Below the pieces are notes generated by a model, which made no database searches, was not told the DNA's origin, and was given only the letters and a program-made list of their open reading frames with translations. The translations under genes were made by a program, and so were the position numbers. Source: Candidatus Poribacteria bacterium (GTDB lineage: Bacteria > Poribacteria > WGA-4E > WGA-3G). Taken from it: a DNA stretch of 64,000 nt. The stretch lies in assembly GCA_963663765.2 (NCBI GenBank), contig CAXXUA010000006.1:192001-256000 (forward strand). The letters are read 5' to 3'. Shown here one piece after another: positions 37,450-48,049 of the stretch (position 1 is its first letter; each line of letters starts with the position of its first letter).

Positions 37450-38253
37450 TCACGCCTGTATAGGTAAGGATTTAGTCGGAGTTGCTAACTTATACAACGC
37501 TTTACCGAAATGAGCCGCATTCTCACGCTCCGCAACATAACGTATGCTTGGTGTTCTCGCACTCGGTGTCGCATCAGAACTATTTGGAGGTTGTGGATAA
37601 TCTCTATAAATACAACCAACTTTGGTTTCTTTCCACCCCTCTTGTGAGTTGGTGTCGCATCCATCACAACTCACATACCAACACTGATTGTCTTCAAGGG
37701 TTTGGCATTCTACTTGTTCACACACATTCAAATCTTCTGAACATTCAAGCACTTTTTCACGCACTGTCGTATGGCACACTTCTATCCCTTGAAAAGACAA
37801 CTCTTGTACCGCGGCTCTATAGTCAAAATGCACAGCAACATTACACATCCGTTCTACAACACGACGCGTCCATTTACCTTTCAACTTTTGCCGCACATCC
37901 CAAGGTCTATGATAATGTCCCGAACTACATTTATACACCCAACGGTTCACATGGATCTTGCCACAAAGTGTCGTGATATTCACACCGTGCTTCTGTATCG
38001 GACGACACACTTGTTCACATTCTGGGCATTCAACAGGTTCTTCTGATTGCTGAGAAGCATCTGCTGATACAAAACTTCTACTAACTTGTGAGCACTTAGC
38101 ACTTCTAAGGATAAGGTCTCGCACACAAGCCTCAGCTTCTTCTAATGGGACGCAAGGGGATGACGAAAGTTTTCCAGTAACCTCAGCGATCTCTTTTAAA
38201 ATCTCCTTGATTTCGAGACACTCTGATGGTATACATATAATAATATTGAGCAT
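37450..38253 (-). pseudogene. Truncated ISKra4/ISLre2-like transposase
   Basis: CPEC, TTLCGKIHVNRWVYKC, YVSCDG, WKETKVG; lacks the C-terminal catalytic half. Confidence 0.75.
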
Positions 38254-38488
38254 TGGTATCCTCTCCTATAAATATGATTATATTCTGATTATTAGGAAAG
38301 GGTGCCATTTTTTATTTAATTTCGCAACATCTTTTTACACATCAGTATTTCTACAAAAACTTTACACACCCTATCATTTATTCGCTTAACTTTTGCTTTT
38401 TATCGTCAAATGTGTTATTATTTTAGACGTTGATTGAACGGTGTAATTTATAAAGGTTTCTGAAGGTTAGTTTTGTCAAAATGGGTGA

Positions 38489-39217
38489 ATGATGCGTAAC
38501 TATTATATTGAGTCCTTTGAAGTAACTCAGCTGTGGGGGTATCAAAACATTAATCTGCCTTTTAACAGTGATGTAAATATATTGATAGGTCCAAACAGAT
38601 CTGGTAAAACCACTGTTCTGCACTTTTTATATTCTATATTATTGGTCAATTTACAAAATATCTTAGACATTAAATTAATTTCCTTAGTGCCAATCGTTTG
38701 GCTTCCTGTAAGTCGTCGTTTGCCTGAAAAAGAGGATGAGGAAGAACGATAATATATAAGAAGTGAAGGTTTAGAATCTGTAGACTTACGGCTCAAGGAA
38801 TTGTTAGCCGGTCTCTCTCGTTATCACTCTGTCTTAAACGGTCAGCTCTCTGAGCGTTATAGGGAGTTTGAACGCCAAGTCTTATCGGTGATACTTTACA
38901 GTAAACAACATGACCAAGTAAATTCAATACTAAAAGCGATACCTTCTTCGTTGCCAACAGAATCTGAGAAAGATTAATTACGGAGAGCTTTTGATGATGC
39001 AGTACTTCTTGACGAACAAATGCAAAGTAGGATTAATGATCATTTTGCTGCAGCAGAACAAGCAGTCAAACGAATAAGTGAAAGCAAAGACCCTGACTTG
39101 GAATTAGAAGATTTTCTTGTTTTTCCACTTATAAGTCGAACCAAAGACATGGTTGAATATGCAAGGGAACTTGAAGAAGATAGAGAAAGTATTTTCGCTT
39201 CGTTAGTTAGTTCTTAA
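38489..39217 (+). pseudogene. Decayed ABC/AAA-type ATPase (AAA_15/AAA_21-like)
   Basis: VNILIGPNRSGKTT Walker A; one frame broken by two in-frame TAA (~38750, ~38975); no Walker B. Confidence 0.75.
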
Positions 39218-39236
39218 TAAAACAATTTGTTATATA

Positions 39237-40010
39237 ATGGACAATACATCCGAAACCTTAACCTGTAGAAACTGCAGCGAAGATATACAATTAAAAGCCT
39301 TTATTGATAACCTCAAGGTATGCCCCGCTTGTGATGCTCATTTTCCAATGAGTGCTCAAGAACGGCTAAATCTACTTGTGGATGCAGACACTTTTAATGA
39401 AACTGATGTAAACCTGTACTCTATTGATGCGTTAGAATTTCCGGAATACACCGATAAACTTGAACGAGACATAACAAAGACCGGTCTCCGATCAGAAATG
39501 CTATCTGGCACTGCACAAATTGGGAGTTATCCAGTCGCAATCGCAATTGGAGATGTCGGATTTATAGGTGGCACTTGTGGTGCTGTCATCGGAGAAAAAG
39601 TAACACGCTGCATTGAACATGCTGCAGACAACGACTTACCACTTATAATTGTATCTGTGAGTGGTGGCATGCGGATGCAAGAAGGTACAATGGCATTAAT
39701 GCAAATGGCAAAAACTGCTGCCGCATGTGTTAAGTACGCACAAAAAGGCGGAATCTATATATCTGTCGTTACGGATCCAACATTTGGTGGTGCCACCGCA
39801 AGTTATACCTCTCTCGGTGATGTGATTATTGCTGAACCGGGGGCACGCGTGGGTTTTGCCGGTCCGCTTGCTGTCGCTAGCCTACAAGAAGAATTACCTG
39901 AGAACTTTCAAAAGGCAGAATCATTAGTAGCACACGGATTTATAGACCATATAATACACAGAAATGCAATGCAACAATTACTAACCGACCTGCTCTCTTT
40001 TATCTATTAA
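39237..40010 (+). CDS. accD: Acetyl-CoA carboxylase carboxyltransferase beta subunit
   Basis: CxxC..CxxC zinc finger, SGGMRMQEG..LMQMAKT, PTFGG..AS, AEPGARVGFAG. Confidence 0.95.
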   Translation: MDNTSETLTCRNCSEDIQLKAFIDNLKVCPACDAHFPMSAQERLNLLVDADTFNETDVNLYSIDALEFPEYTDKLERDITKTGLRSEMLSGTAQIGSYPVAIAIGDVGFIGGTCGAVIGEKVTRCIEHAADNDLPLIIVSVSGGMRMQEGTMALMQMAKTAAACVKYAQKGGIYISVVTDPTFGGATASYTSLGDVIIAEPGARVGFAGPLAVASLQEELPENFQKAESLVAHGFIDHIIHRNAMQQLLTDLLSFIY

Positions 40011-40241
40011 AGTATCTAATGCTTCTCTCGTAACATCCAAAATAAAATAACCACATTGGCTAAACTTACGAAACTCCCCTTTTTCTGTCACTATATTGTA
40101 AATTACACGTTTAAGATAAATATACATACATTCGCTTAATCTCTATGAACTAATAGAGACTACATTCATCTCGATAGTTATTATATCTTAAGAACACATA
40201 CTATAATAAATGTTAATATCAGAAGGACATACGAATTCAAA

Positions 40242-42518
40242 ATGCCAAAATCATTAGTTGTCGTTGAATCACCTGCTAAAGCCAAAACAATAGAAAAAAT
40301 ACTTGGGAAAGACTATATCGTTGACTCCTCTGTTGGACATATCCGCGATCTACCAAGAAAAGAACTCGGAGTTGATCTTGACAATCATTTTAAACCAAAA
40401 TATGTCATGATTCGAGGGAAAGGTCCTGTCGTCAAAGCTATTCAAGATAAAGCAAAAAAGGTAGATTGTATTTACCTCGCAGCAGACCCAGATAGAGAAG
40501 GTGAAGCAATCTGTTGGCACCTCGCAACCGAACTCAAAAAAGCGAATAAACCTATCTATCGCATTATATATAATGAAGTTACACAAAGTGCAATTTTAGA
40601 AGCTATTGAAAATCCTGGAACGATAAATCAAGCTCTTGTGGACGCACAGCAAGCTCGACGGGTATTAGATAGACTCGTTGGCTACAAAATAAGTCCTATT
40701 TTATGGCGAAGTGTAAAACCCGGTTTGAGTGCAGGTAGAGTTCAATCCGTTGCTGTTCGACTAATATGTGAACGAGAAGCGGAAATAGAAGCATTTAACC
40801 CAGAAGAATATTGGACACTCACAGCTACTCTTACTCCTAAACAAAATGAACACCTTTTTCCAGCGAAACTACATAAGATAAGTACAAAGAAAGGTGAAAT
40901 AAATAATTACGGTTTCAAAATAGATGAAGAACGCGCAAAAGAGTTAGCATCCGATGCAAAAGACCAAACATATATAGTAGAAAAGGTCCAAAAACGTGAA
41001 AGAAAACAGAATACAGCTGCACCTTTTAAAACAAGCACTCTACAGCAGGAAGCTTCACGCAAACTGCGATTTACTGCAAAAAAGACGATGATGGTCGCAC
41101 AAAAACTATATGAAGGTCTGAATATCGGCAAAGAAGGACTAGTTGGACTCATCACCTACATGCGTACAGATTCAACAAGAGTGGCACAAGAAGCTCTTAC
41201 AGCCGTAAGAAAATATATCAAAGGATCTTATGGATCTGAATACCTACCTGCACGGGCAATAACACACAAGAGCAAAAACAACGCACAGGACGCACATGAA
41301 GCAATCCGACCGACAACACCACTACATACACCAGATTCTTTAAAACAACATTTGACTAAGGATCAATACCGTTTGTATGATCTTATCTGGAAACGATTTA
41401 TCGCAAGCCAAATGAAACCAGCAATCTTTGACGCGACGACGATTGACATTAAAGCCGGTCGATATCTATTCCGCGCTACTGGTTCTGTAATTAAGTTTGA
41501 TGGTTTTAGACGTGTGTATATGGAAGGTCAGGATGATGCTGCCTCAAATGGAAATGATGGAGATGGGGAAAATGTCAATTTACCTGAACTTAAGGATGGG
41601 GAAATACTTGATCTACGTAAGTTAGATCCAAAACAGCATTTCACACAACCCCCTCCACGTTTTAATGAAGCTACTCTTGTCAAAGCATTAGAAGCAAAGG
41701 AAATTGGTAGACCAAGTACCTATGCAACAATAATTTCTACAATTCAAGATCGTGGATATATAACAAAAGAACAGCGAAGACTACTACCTACTGACATTGG
41801 TAGACTCGTCAATGAATTATTAGTTCACGGTTTTCCTGAAATCGTAGATGTTGAATTTACGAAGGAGATGGAACAAAAACTTGACACTATTGCTGAAGGA
41901 AAAGTAGACTGGGTTGACACTCTGGGTGAATTCTACCCACCGTTTCAAGAAGCACTCAAAGAAGCACCTGATAAAATGTACGAAGCACGAAAAGCAATGG
42001 AAGTTGAGTCAGATGAAAAGTGTGAAAAATGTGGGGGTAACATGATTGTCAAATGGGGTAAATATGGAAGATTCCTTGGATGTTCCAATTATCCTGAATG
42101 TGAAAATATCAAGGCAATAAATGGAGACGATACCCCTGCTGCGGAACCTGAAGAAACAGATACACTATGTGAGAAGTGTGGCGAACAGATGGTCATAAAG
42201 CAGAGTCGATCCGGCGCACGGTTCTTGGCATGCAGCGGTTATCCAAAGTGTAAGAATGCAAAACCTATTCCGATGGGAGTTGACTGTCCAGAAACAGAAT
42301 GTGACGGTTATTTAGGTGAACGTCGCAGTAAACGTGGTAGAGTATTCTACGGGTGTAGCAACTACCCAAAATGTGGATTCGCAAGTTGGGATAAACCGAT
42401 TCCAGAACCATGTCCAAAATGTGATGCAACATATCTAGTCGAAAAGACACAAAAGTCTGGTGAAATTATAACAACTTGTGCTTCAAAAGAATGCGATTAT
42501 TCCAATACTCCTGCTTAG
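40242..42518 (+). CDS. topA: DNA topoisomerase I
   Basis: VVESPAKAKTI, DPDREGE, SAGRVQS, LITYMRTDS, AHEAIRPT, C-terminal Zn ribbons. Confidence 0.98.
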   Translation: MPKSLVVVESPAKAKTIEKILGKDYIVDSSVGHIRDLPRKELGVDLDNHFKPKYVMIRGKGPVVKAIQDKAKKVDCIYLAADPDREGEAICWHLATELKKANKPIYRIIYNEVTQSAILEAIENPGTINQALVDAQQARRVLDRLVGYKISPILWRSVKPGLSAGRVQSVAVRLICEREAEIEAFNPEEYWTLTATLTPKQNEHLFPAKLHKISTKKGEINNYGFKIDEERAKELASDAKDQTYIVEKVQKRERKQNTAAPFKTSTLQQEASRKLRFTAKKTMMVAQKLYEGLNIGKEGLVGLITYMRTDSTRVAQEALTAVRKYIKGSYGSEYLPARAITHKSKNNAQDAHEAIRPTTPLHTPDSLKQHLTKDQYRLYDLIWKRFIASQMKPAIFDATTIDIKAGRYLFRATGSVIKFDGFRRVYMEGQDDAASNGNDGDGENVNLPELKDGEILDLRKLDPKQHFTQPPPRFNEATLVKALEAKEIGRPSTYATIISTIQDRGYITKEQRRLLPTDIGRLVNELLVHGFPEIVDVEFTKEMEQKLDTIAEGKVDWVDTLGEFYPPFQEALKEAPDKMYEARKAMEVESDEKCEKCGGNMIVKWGKYGRFLGCSNYPECENIKAINGDDTPAAEPEETDTLCEKCGEQMVIKQSRSGARFLACSGYPKCKNAKPIPMGVDCPETECDGYLGERRSKRGRVFYGCSNYPKCGFASWDKPIPEPCPKCDATYLVEKTQKSGEIITTCASKECDYSNTPA

Positions 42519-42584
42519 TTAAAATGTAAAGTCTTCAATTCATGAGATTCCATAGGTTTTCCTCCTACTATAAAGTGAATAATA

Positions 42585-43256
42585 ATGATCCAACTCCATC
42601 AAGTCAGTTACAGTTATGATAATCTAAGCGTGCTTGAAAAGGCAAGTTTTCGACTTGAAAGGGGTGAATTCGCGTTCCTCGTTGGTGAAAGCGGTGCAGG
42701 TAAGACTACATTGCTAAAGCTACTATACAGAGAATTTATCCCATCGTCAGGTACATTAAATGTACTCGGGCAATCACTTTCAGATCTAACACCATCAACC
42801 CTACCTATATTCAGACGAAAAATAGGTATTGTATTTCAAGACTGTAATCTGGTTGAAACGAAAACTGTTGAACAAAACCTCGCAATTCCACAGAAATTAA
42901 TCGGAACGAAAAAACAGATCCTGCGAGATAATGTCAATAATTTACTACACCAAATGGGGTTAATACACCATAGAAAAGCATTTCCAAAAGATATTTCAAG
43001 TAACGAAAGAAATCGACTGGCTATAGCACGTGCGATCATAAACAGTCCATTGTTATTGATCGCAGATCAACCTACAGAAATTCTTGATCCAATGCTTACA
43101 CTTGAAATGCTTACGCTTTTTGATACACTAAATTTTCAAGGAACTACGGTATTAGTCGCAACCGCAGATCCAGAACTCCCTGAAAAATTTGTGCAATCAA
43201 AAAATGCTACAACCAAACGGGTTTTCACACTGAAGGATGGTTATATTACAACCTAA
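42585..43256 (+). CDS. ftsE: FtsE-like ABC ATP-binding protein with degenerate catalytic motifs
   Basis: GESGAGKTT, RRKIGIVFQD, upstream of ftsX; signature ISSNE, Walker B DQ, H-loop ATAD. Confidence 0.85.
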   Translation: MIQLHQVSYSYDNLSVLEKASFRLERGEFAFLVGESGAGKTTLLKLLYREFIPSSGTLNVLGQSLSDLTPSTLPIFRRKIGIVFQDCNLVETKTVEQNLAIPQKLIGTKKQILRDNVNNLLHQMGLIHHRKAFPKDISSNERNRLAIARAIINSPLLLIADQPTEILDPMLTLEMLTLFDTLNFQGTTVLVATADPELPEKFVQSKNATTKRVFTLKDGYITT

Positions 43257-43367
43257 GTTTCGCTATCTGAAACAATCTCAAGAGAAAGAATCTGTCTCGT
43301 CTTTTGAATCATTACAAAGTGATTGTATCCAAAAAAATAATTAATCAACAAGAAGTTAGAATTAGAT

Positions 43368-44246
43368 ATGCGTTATCAGTTTCAAAACGCCTTTACTCAC
43401 ATTAGACAGAAAAGTACAATCAATTTATTTTGTATTATTACGCTCTGTTTTCTTACTTTATTACTGAGTACATTTCTTTTTAATCATTCCTCAATTTACA
43501 ATGAACTATTACATAGAAAAACCACCGCCCCAATTATAGCATTTGCAAACGACATCGTTATTGAGGAAGATGCACGGCTTTTTGCAAATCAAATTCGCAA
43601 GACACAGCAAATCCTTCATATTGAATATGTTTCAAAGGAAGAACATTATAACCGTGCTGAACAACAATTTGGACATCTCGGTACAATAATTAAGAATGCT
43701 ATGTCCGGAAGTAATCCCTTTCCAGCTTTATTAGAAATATATGTTGATCCTACAAAAACATCACGAAAATCATTAGAGAAAATTGCTTTTGAGTTAGAAG
43801 CGTATGACAAGATTGATGATGTTGTACTCACCGGACACGGTGTACTAACAGATATATTTCGTCAAACAAATCGAATGACAGTTGCAAGTATTGCTATAAC
43901 CATTCTTTTGTCACTCCTATTCATATATACTGCCGTTCTTAAAACTGGTAAGAATAGACATCAAGAAATACAACTATTGAATCTAATTGGAGCAACACGA
44001 GGCTACATTCGGATTCCATTCGTACTTCATGGGATGTTCATCGGTCTTATTGGTGCTACCTTAGGTCTGGCATGTTTCTATTTCCTGTACAGCGTGTTCA
44101 CTTTTCAACTTGGTGTGTTAGAGTTTCTACCATATTATCAACTAATTGCTGTTGTAACATCCAGTACAATAATTGGAATGTTTGCTGGTATTCTTGCCTA
44201 TCGTAATTATGTAGTTTCTTGCAGTAAAAATAAGGTTATATATTAA
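43368..44246 (+). CDS. ftsX: FtsX-like permease
   Basis: 4 TM segments, YVSKEE, NPFP, EIQLLNLIGATRGYIRIPF. Confidence 0.88.
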   Translation: MRYQFQNAFTHIRQKSTINLFCIITLCFLTLLLSTFLFNHSSIYNELLHRKTTAPIIAFANDIVIEEDARLFANQIRKTQQILHIEYVSKEEHYNRAEQQFGHLGTIIKNAMSGSNPFPALLEIYVDPTKTSRKSLEKIAFELEAYDKIDDVVLTGHGVLTDIFRQTNRMTVASIAITILLSLLFIYTAVLKTGKNRHQEIQLLNLIGATRGYIRIPFVLHGMFIGLIGATLGLACFYFLYSVFTFQLGVLEFLPYYQLIAVVTSSTIIGMFAGILAYRNYVVSCSKNKVIY

Positions 44247-44308
44247 TACATAGAACGAACAAGCTTCAAATTTTATTCAAAACTGAATTCTTTATTCAAA
44301 ACTATATC

Positions 44309-46066
44309 ATGAAGAATATTGAAATTAGCAAAATTTTCAGTAATATTGGCGAATTCTTACAAATACGCGGAGATGCATCATTTCGTATCAGATCCTATGA
44401 AAAAGCCGCAAGAGTTATTGCAGACCTTACTGTTGATGTTAGCGAATTAATTGAAAGTGGTACTTTCCAAAATATATCCGGTATAGGAAAGACGATTGAG
44501 GAAAAGACAAAGGAGATCCTTGAAACGGGAACTTGCCAAGCCTATGAGAAACTGAAGGATGAGATGGGAGTAGGGGTTCTGCAACTCTTGGATATACAGG
44601 GGATTGGTAGTAAAACAGCAAATCGTCTATATTCAGAATTGGGTATAAAAAACCTGAATCAACTCACAGAAGCACTTGAAGAAGGAAGACTTCAGGGAAT
44701 GAAAGGTTTTGGGAAAAAGACACTTGCTACTATATCAAATAGTCTACAGTTCCAAAATGAGAATCGGGGTGTAAGGGTAATTTCAGTGTCCTTTGCACTC
44801 GCAGAGAAACTAACTGATGTCTTGAATGCTTGTTCTGATATCACAAGGTTTGAATTAACAGGTGAATTACGAAGACGTGAAGAATTAATCCGAAGTCTTG
44901 AAGTTGTAGTAGAATGTGCTGAAAACATAGATACAACACGGGATACAATACTACAACAACTAACAGAACATAAACAGCAATTTCATTCCAATCTCATCGA
45001 TTCTGACAATCAGCAAATAGCAAATAAGCCATTATTACAAACTATTGAGAACATTATACTTTTTATAGACAATGATTTTCCTGTAGTTATCTATCTGACA
45101 ACACCATCATCGTTTGAATGCATCCTATTCCTTTCAACAGCAACAGATGCACACATTTCAGCACTACCCATTGACAAACACATTCTAAACCAGACAAATG
45201 ATTTTCTGCAGCAGTCACAAGATAGCACTGAGATAGAGATTTATGAGAAGCAAGGAATGTCATATATTCCTCCCGAATTACGCCAATACGCTGATACTGT
45301 TCAGTTAGCATTGGATAATAATTTGCCAACACTCATTAAATTAGAAGACATGAAAGGCGATTTGCATGCGCATACTGAATGGAGCGATGGAAGAAACACC
45401 ATGGATGAGATGATAACCACCGCTATTGAATTCGGTCTTGATTATTTTGCAATTACAGATCATTCAGCCTCCTCAACGGTCGCTAATGGATTGGACCAAA
45501 AACGGCTGTTAGCACAGATAAAGCATGTCCGCGAGGTGGATTCTCAAACGGAAGATATAACAATACTTGCAGGATCTGAAGTAGATATTAGAAGGGATGG
45601 TTCGCTGGATTATTCAGACGAGATTCTTGCACAGCTTGATATAGTTATAGCAAGTATTCACAGTCATTTTACTTTATCCGAAACAGAAATGACAAAAAGG
45701 ATGATAGCTGCTATTGAGAATCCTTATGTATATATCATAGGTCACCCGACAGGCAGACTGCTCGGTAGTAGACCGATGTACCCAATCAATCTTGATGAGA
45801 TAATCCACGCGGCTGCAGAGAACAATACAATATTGGAGATAAACGGTTCTCCGAGTAGATTGGATTTAGGACCAGAATATGTCCGCAAAGCAAAAGACGC
45901 AGGTGTTCTAATTTCCATCAATACTGATGCCCATGCTGTACGCCAATTTGTTCACCGTAAGTATGGTGTGAATGTAGCAAGACGCAGTGGATTGACCAAA
46001 GAAGATGTAATTAATACCTACCCATTAGATAAACTCCGAAAGATATTACATAAGAATGGAGAGTGA
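44309..46066 (+). CDS. polX: PolX/PHP DNA polymerase-exonuclease with non-canonical polymerase site
   Basis: FRIRSYEKAA, HhH GIGK, YIPPELR, PHP DLHAHTEWSDG, TDHS, GHPTGR, NTDAH. Confidence 0.93.
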   Translation: MKNIEISKIFSNIGEFLQIRGDASFRIRSYEKAARVIADLTVDVSELIESGTFQNISGIGKTIEEKTKEILETGTCQAYEKLKDEMGVGVLQLLDIQGIGSKTANRLYSELGIKNLNQLTEALEEGRLQGMKGFGKKTLATISNSLQFQNENRGVRVISVSFALAEKLTDVLNACSDITRFELTGELRRREELIRSLEVVVECAENIDTTRDTILQQLTEHKQQFHSNLIDSDNQQIANKPLLQTIENIILFIDNDFPVVIYLTTPSSFECILFLSTATDAHISALPIDKHILNQTNDFLQQSQDSTEIEIYEKQGMSYIPPELRQYADTVQLALDNNLPTLIKLEDMKGDLHAHTEWSDGRNTMDEMITTAIEFGLDYFAITDHSASSTVANGLDQKRLLAQIKHVREVDSQTEDITILAGSEVDIRRDGSLDYSDEILAQLDIVIASIHSHFTLSETEMTKRMIAAIENPYVYIIGHPTGRLLGSRPMYPINLDEIIHAAAENNTILEINGSPSRLDLGPEYVRKAKDAGVLISINTDAHAVRQFVHRKYGVNVARRSGLTKEDVINTYPLDKLRKILHKNGE

Positions 46067-46078
46067 AGGGAATATGCT

Positions 46079-48010
46079 ATGAAACGATCACAACTTGCCC
46101 CTGCAAAACGCGCTATCATTATCGGTATGGATGGAGCAAGCATGGAACTTGTCAATAACATGATTGCTTGGGGTCATGCACCCAATATGGAAAAAATCCG
46201 AAATACAGGCGTCTACCGTCCAATGCTTGGTGTTTTTCCTACATTAACACCACCAGGTTGGACGGCTCTTTCTACCGGGTCTTGGCCTGGTACCCATCAA
46301 GTTATGGATTTTAACATACGCGCTTTAGGTAAAGAACTCAATAAGACAGTATGGGGTATAAACACAGGTTTGTGCCAATCTGAATATTTATGGAATCTTG
46401 TTGAACGCGCCGGTGGAAAACCCATACTTGTAAAATGGGAAATGTCCTGGCCACCCACAGTGAAAACCGGTATTCAGGTAGAGGGAACAGGACCGGGTGT
46501 TTCAAATCACCATCAAATCGCTGGGTACCATCTATTTGTATCGGGAGAATGGGCACCGCGACCAATCGGGGGACAACGTGACCCTGAAACACTTGATCCA
46601 AGTGCATTACAAAAGATTAAACACATCGATTCTGTGAATATTGTACCAGTTGATTTAAATAAATGGCAAGGAGAACTCCCTGATTCAGAGAAACCTTTGC
46701 TGGAAGTGGAACTAACGATCCAACCATTAGCACGTGGAAGAGCGGATATGAATCGGGGTAAAACCGGCAAATCAAAAACATATTATGCCCTTATATATGC
46801 AATGGGACAAGATGGTTATGATAGAATTAGGGTGTTCAGTAAGCGTTCTGATGATGATGTTGTCGCTGATCTTGCTGTAAGTGATTGGAGTGACTGGTGG
46901 ATTGATTCATTCGTTATTGATGATAGTGATGTTGAAGGATATGTGCGAATGAAACTCGTTACTCTTACTCCGAATGCAGATGCTTTTGAACTCTTTGTAC
47001 CACAGATTTGGCCAAGAACAGATTACACTGTCCCATCAGAAATTGCAACTGACATTGATAAGCATGTTGGTTCATTCCTACAGAATCCTGCACGTGACGC
47101 ACTTGGGAAAGTAGATGATGACACCTATTTTGAGTTGTTAGATTACCATCATCAACGACTCGCAGATGTAGCGACATATCTTGCATCCGAAAATGAATGG
47201 GATGTACTCATGGTAGAAACACATGCGCCAGATTATGCAAGCCACTTCTTCCTGAGTCAAGCAGATGAGGTTAGCGGTGCCTCAGCAGAAACAATCCATC
47301 GTTGCAGAGAAGGATTGCGCCGGACCTATGAATCTGTTGATAGAATGATAGGACAGATTGCTGAACTTGCTGATGAAGATACGGTAGTTCTTATCTGTGC
47401 TGACCATGGAGGCACTCCGAATCAATTCCGTGCAGTAGATATTGAGAAAGTCTTGGAAAAGACTGGGTTTATCGTCAAGCAGAAAAATGGTGATATTGAT
47501 TGGACTAAAACACGAGCTTTAAATGTTGGATTAGTTCATATTTTCATCAACCTCGCAGGTCGTGAACCTAACGGCATAGTTGCTGCAGAAGACTATGAGA
47601 TGACACAACGTGAGATCATCGCAGCATTGCATGCATATAAGGATGAAGAGACCGGTAGACACCCGTTTTCATTAGCGGTAACACGTGAGGATGCAGAAAT
47701 GTTGAACCTACAAGGCGATCTTGTCGGTGATGTAGTTTACGCACTTCGTCCAGAATTCGATGGTGCCCATGGCAAGCAGCTACCATCTGTGAGTTTTGGT
47801 ATAGGAGGTCAACATTCCACATTTATTCTTTCTGGCGCGGGTGTTAGGAATGGAGTTTCTTTGGAACGTCAAGTCCGTGTAGTTGATGTCGCACCAACGA
47901 TCTGCTATCTTTTGGGGTTACCAATGCCTGAAAATGTAGAAGGCGGTGTAGTTTATGAAGCATTAGAGAATCCCAATTGGCATTTAACTCGTCTTGCTGA
48001 ATTGGAGTGA
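46079..48010 (+). CDS. Nucleotide pyrophosphatase/phosphodiesterase (AlkP superfamily)
   Basis: IIGMDGA, PTLTPPGWTALSTG, ADHG, VDVAPTI. Confidence 0.88.
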   Translation: MKRSQLAPAKRAIIIGMDGASMELVNNMIAWGHAPNMEKIRNTGVYRPMLGVFPTLTPPGWTALSTGSWPGTHQVMDFNIRALGKELNKTVWGINTGLCQSEYLWNLVERAGGKPILVKWEMSWPPTVKTGIQVEGTGPGVSNHHQIAGYHLFVSGEWAPRPIGGQRDPETLDPSALQKIKHIDSVNIVPVDLNKWQGELPDSEKPLLEVELTIQPLARGRADMNRGKTGKSKTYYALIYAMGQDGYDRIRVFSKRSDDDVVADLAVSDWSDWWIDSFVIDDSDVEGYVRMKLVTLTPNADAFELFVPQIWPRTDYTVPSEIATDIDKHVGSFLQNPARDALGKVDDDTYFELLDYHHQRLADVATYLASENEWDVLMVETHAPDYASHFFLSQADEVSGASAETIHRCREGLRRTYESVDRMIGQIAELADEDTVVLICADHGGTPNQFRAVDIEKVLEKTGFIVKQKNGDIDWTKTRALNVGLVHIFINLAGREPNGIVAAEDYEMTQREIIAALHAYKDEETGRHPFSLAVTREDAEMLNLQGDLVGDVVYALRPEFDGAHGKQLPSVSFGIGGQHSTFILSGAGVRNGVSLERQVRVVDVAPTICYLLGLPMPENVEGGVVYEALENPNWHLTRLAELE

Positions 48011-48049
48011 AAACGTAGCCGATTGAATTGGTTTAATCCTATTTTCTAA

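Noticed and set aside
38750-38977. Stop-codon recoding of the in-frame TAA codons
   Set aside because: TAA ends many normal genes in this window and the gene is also truncated; pseudogenisation is simpler.
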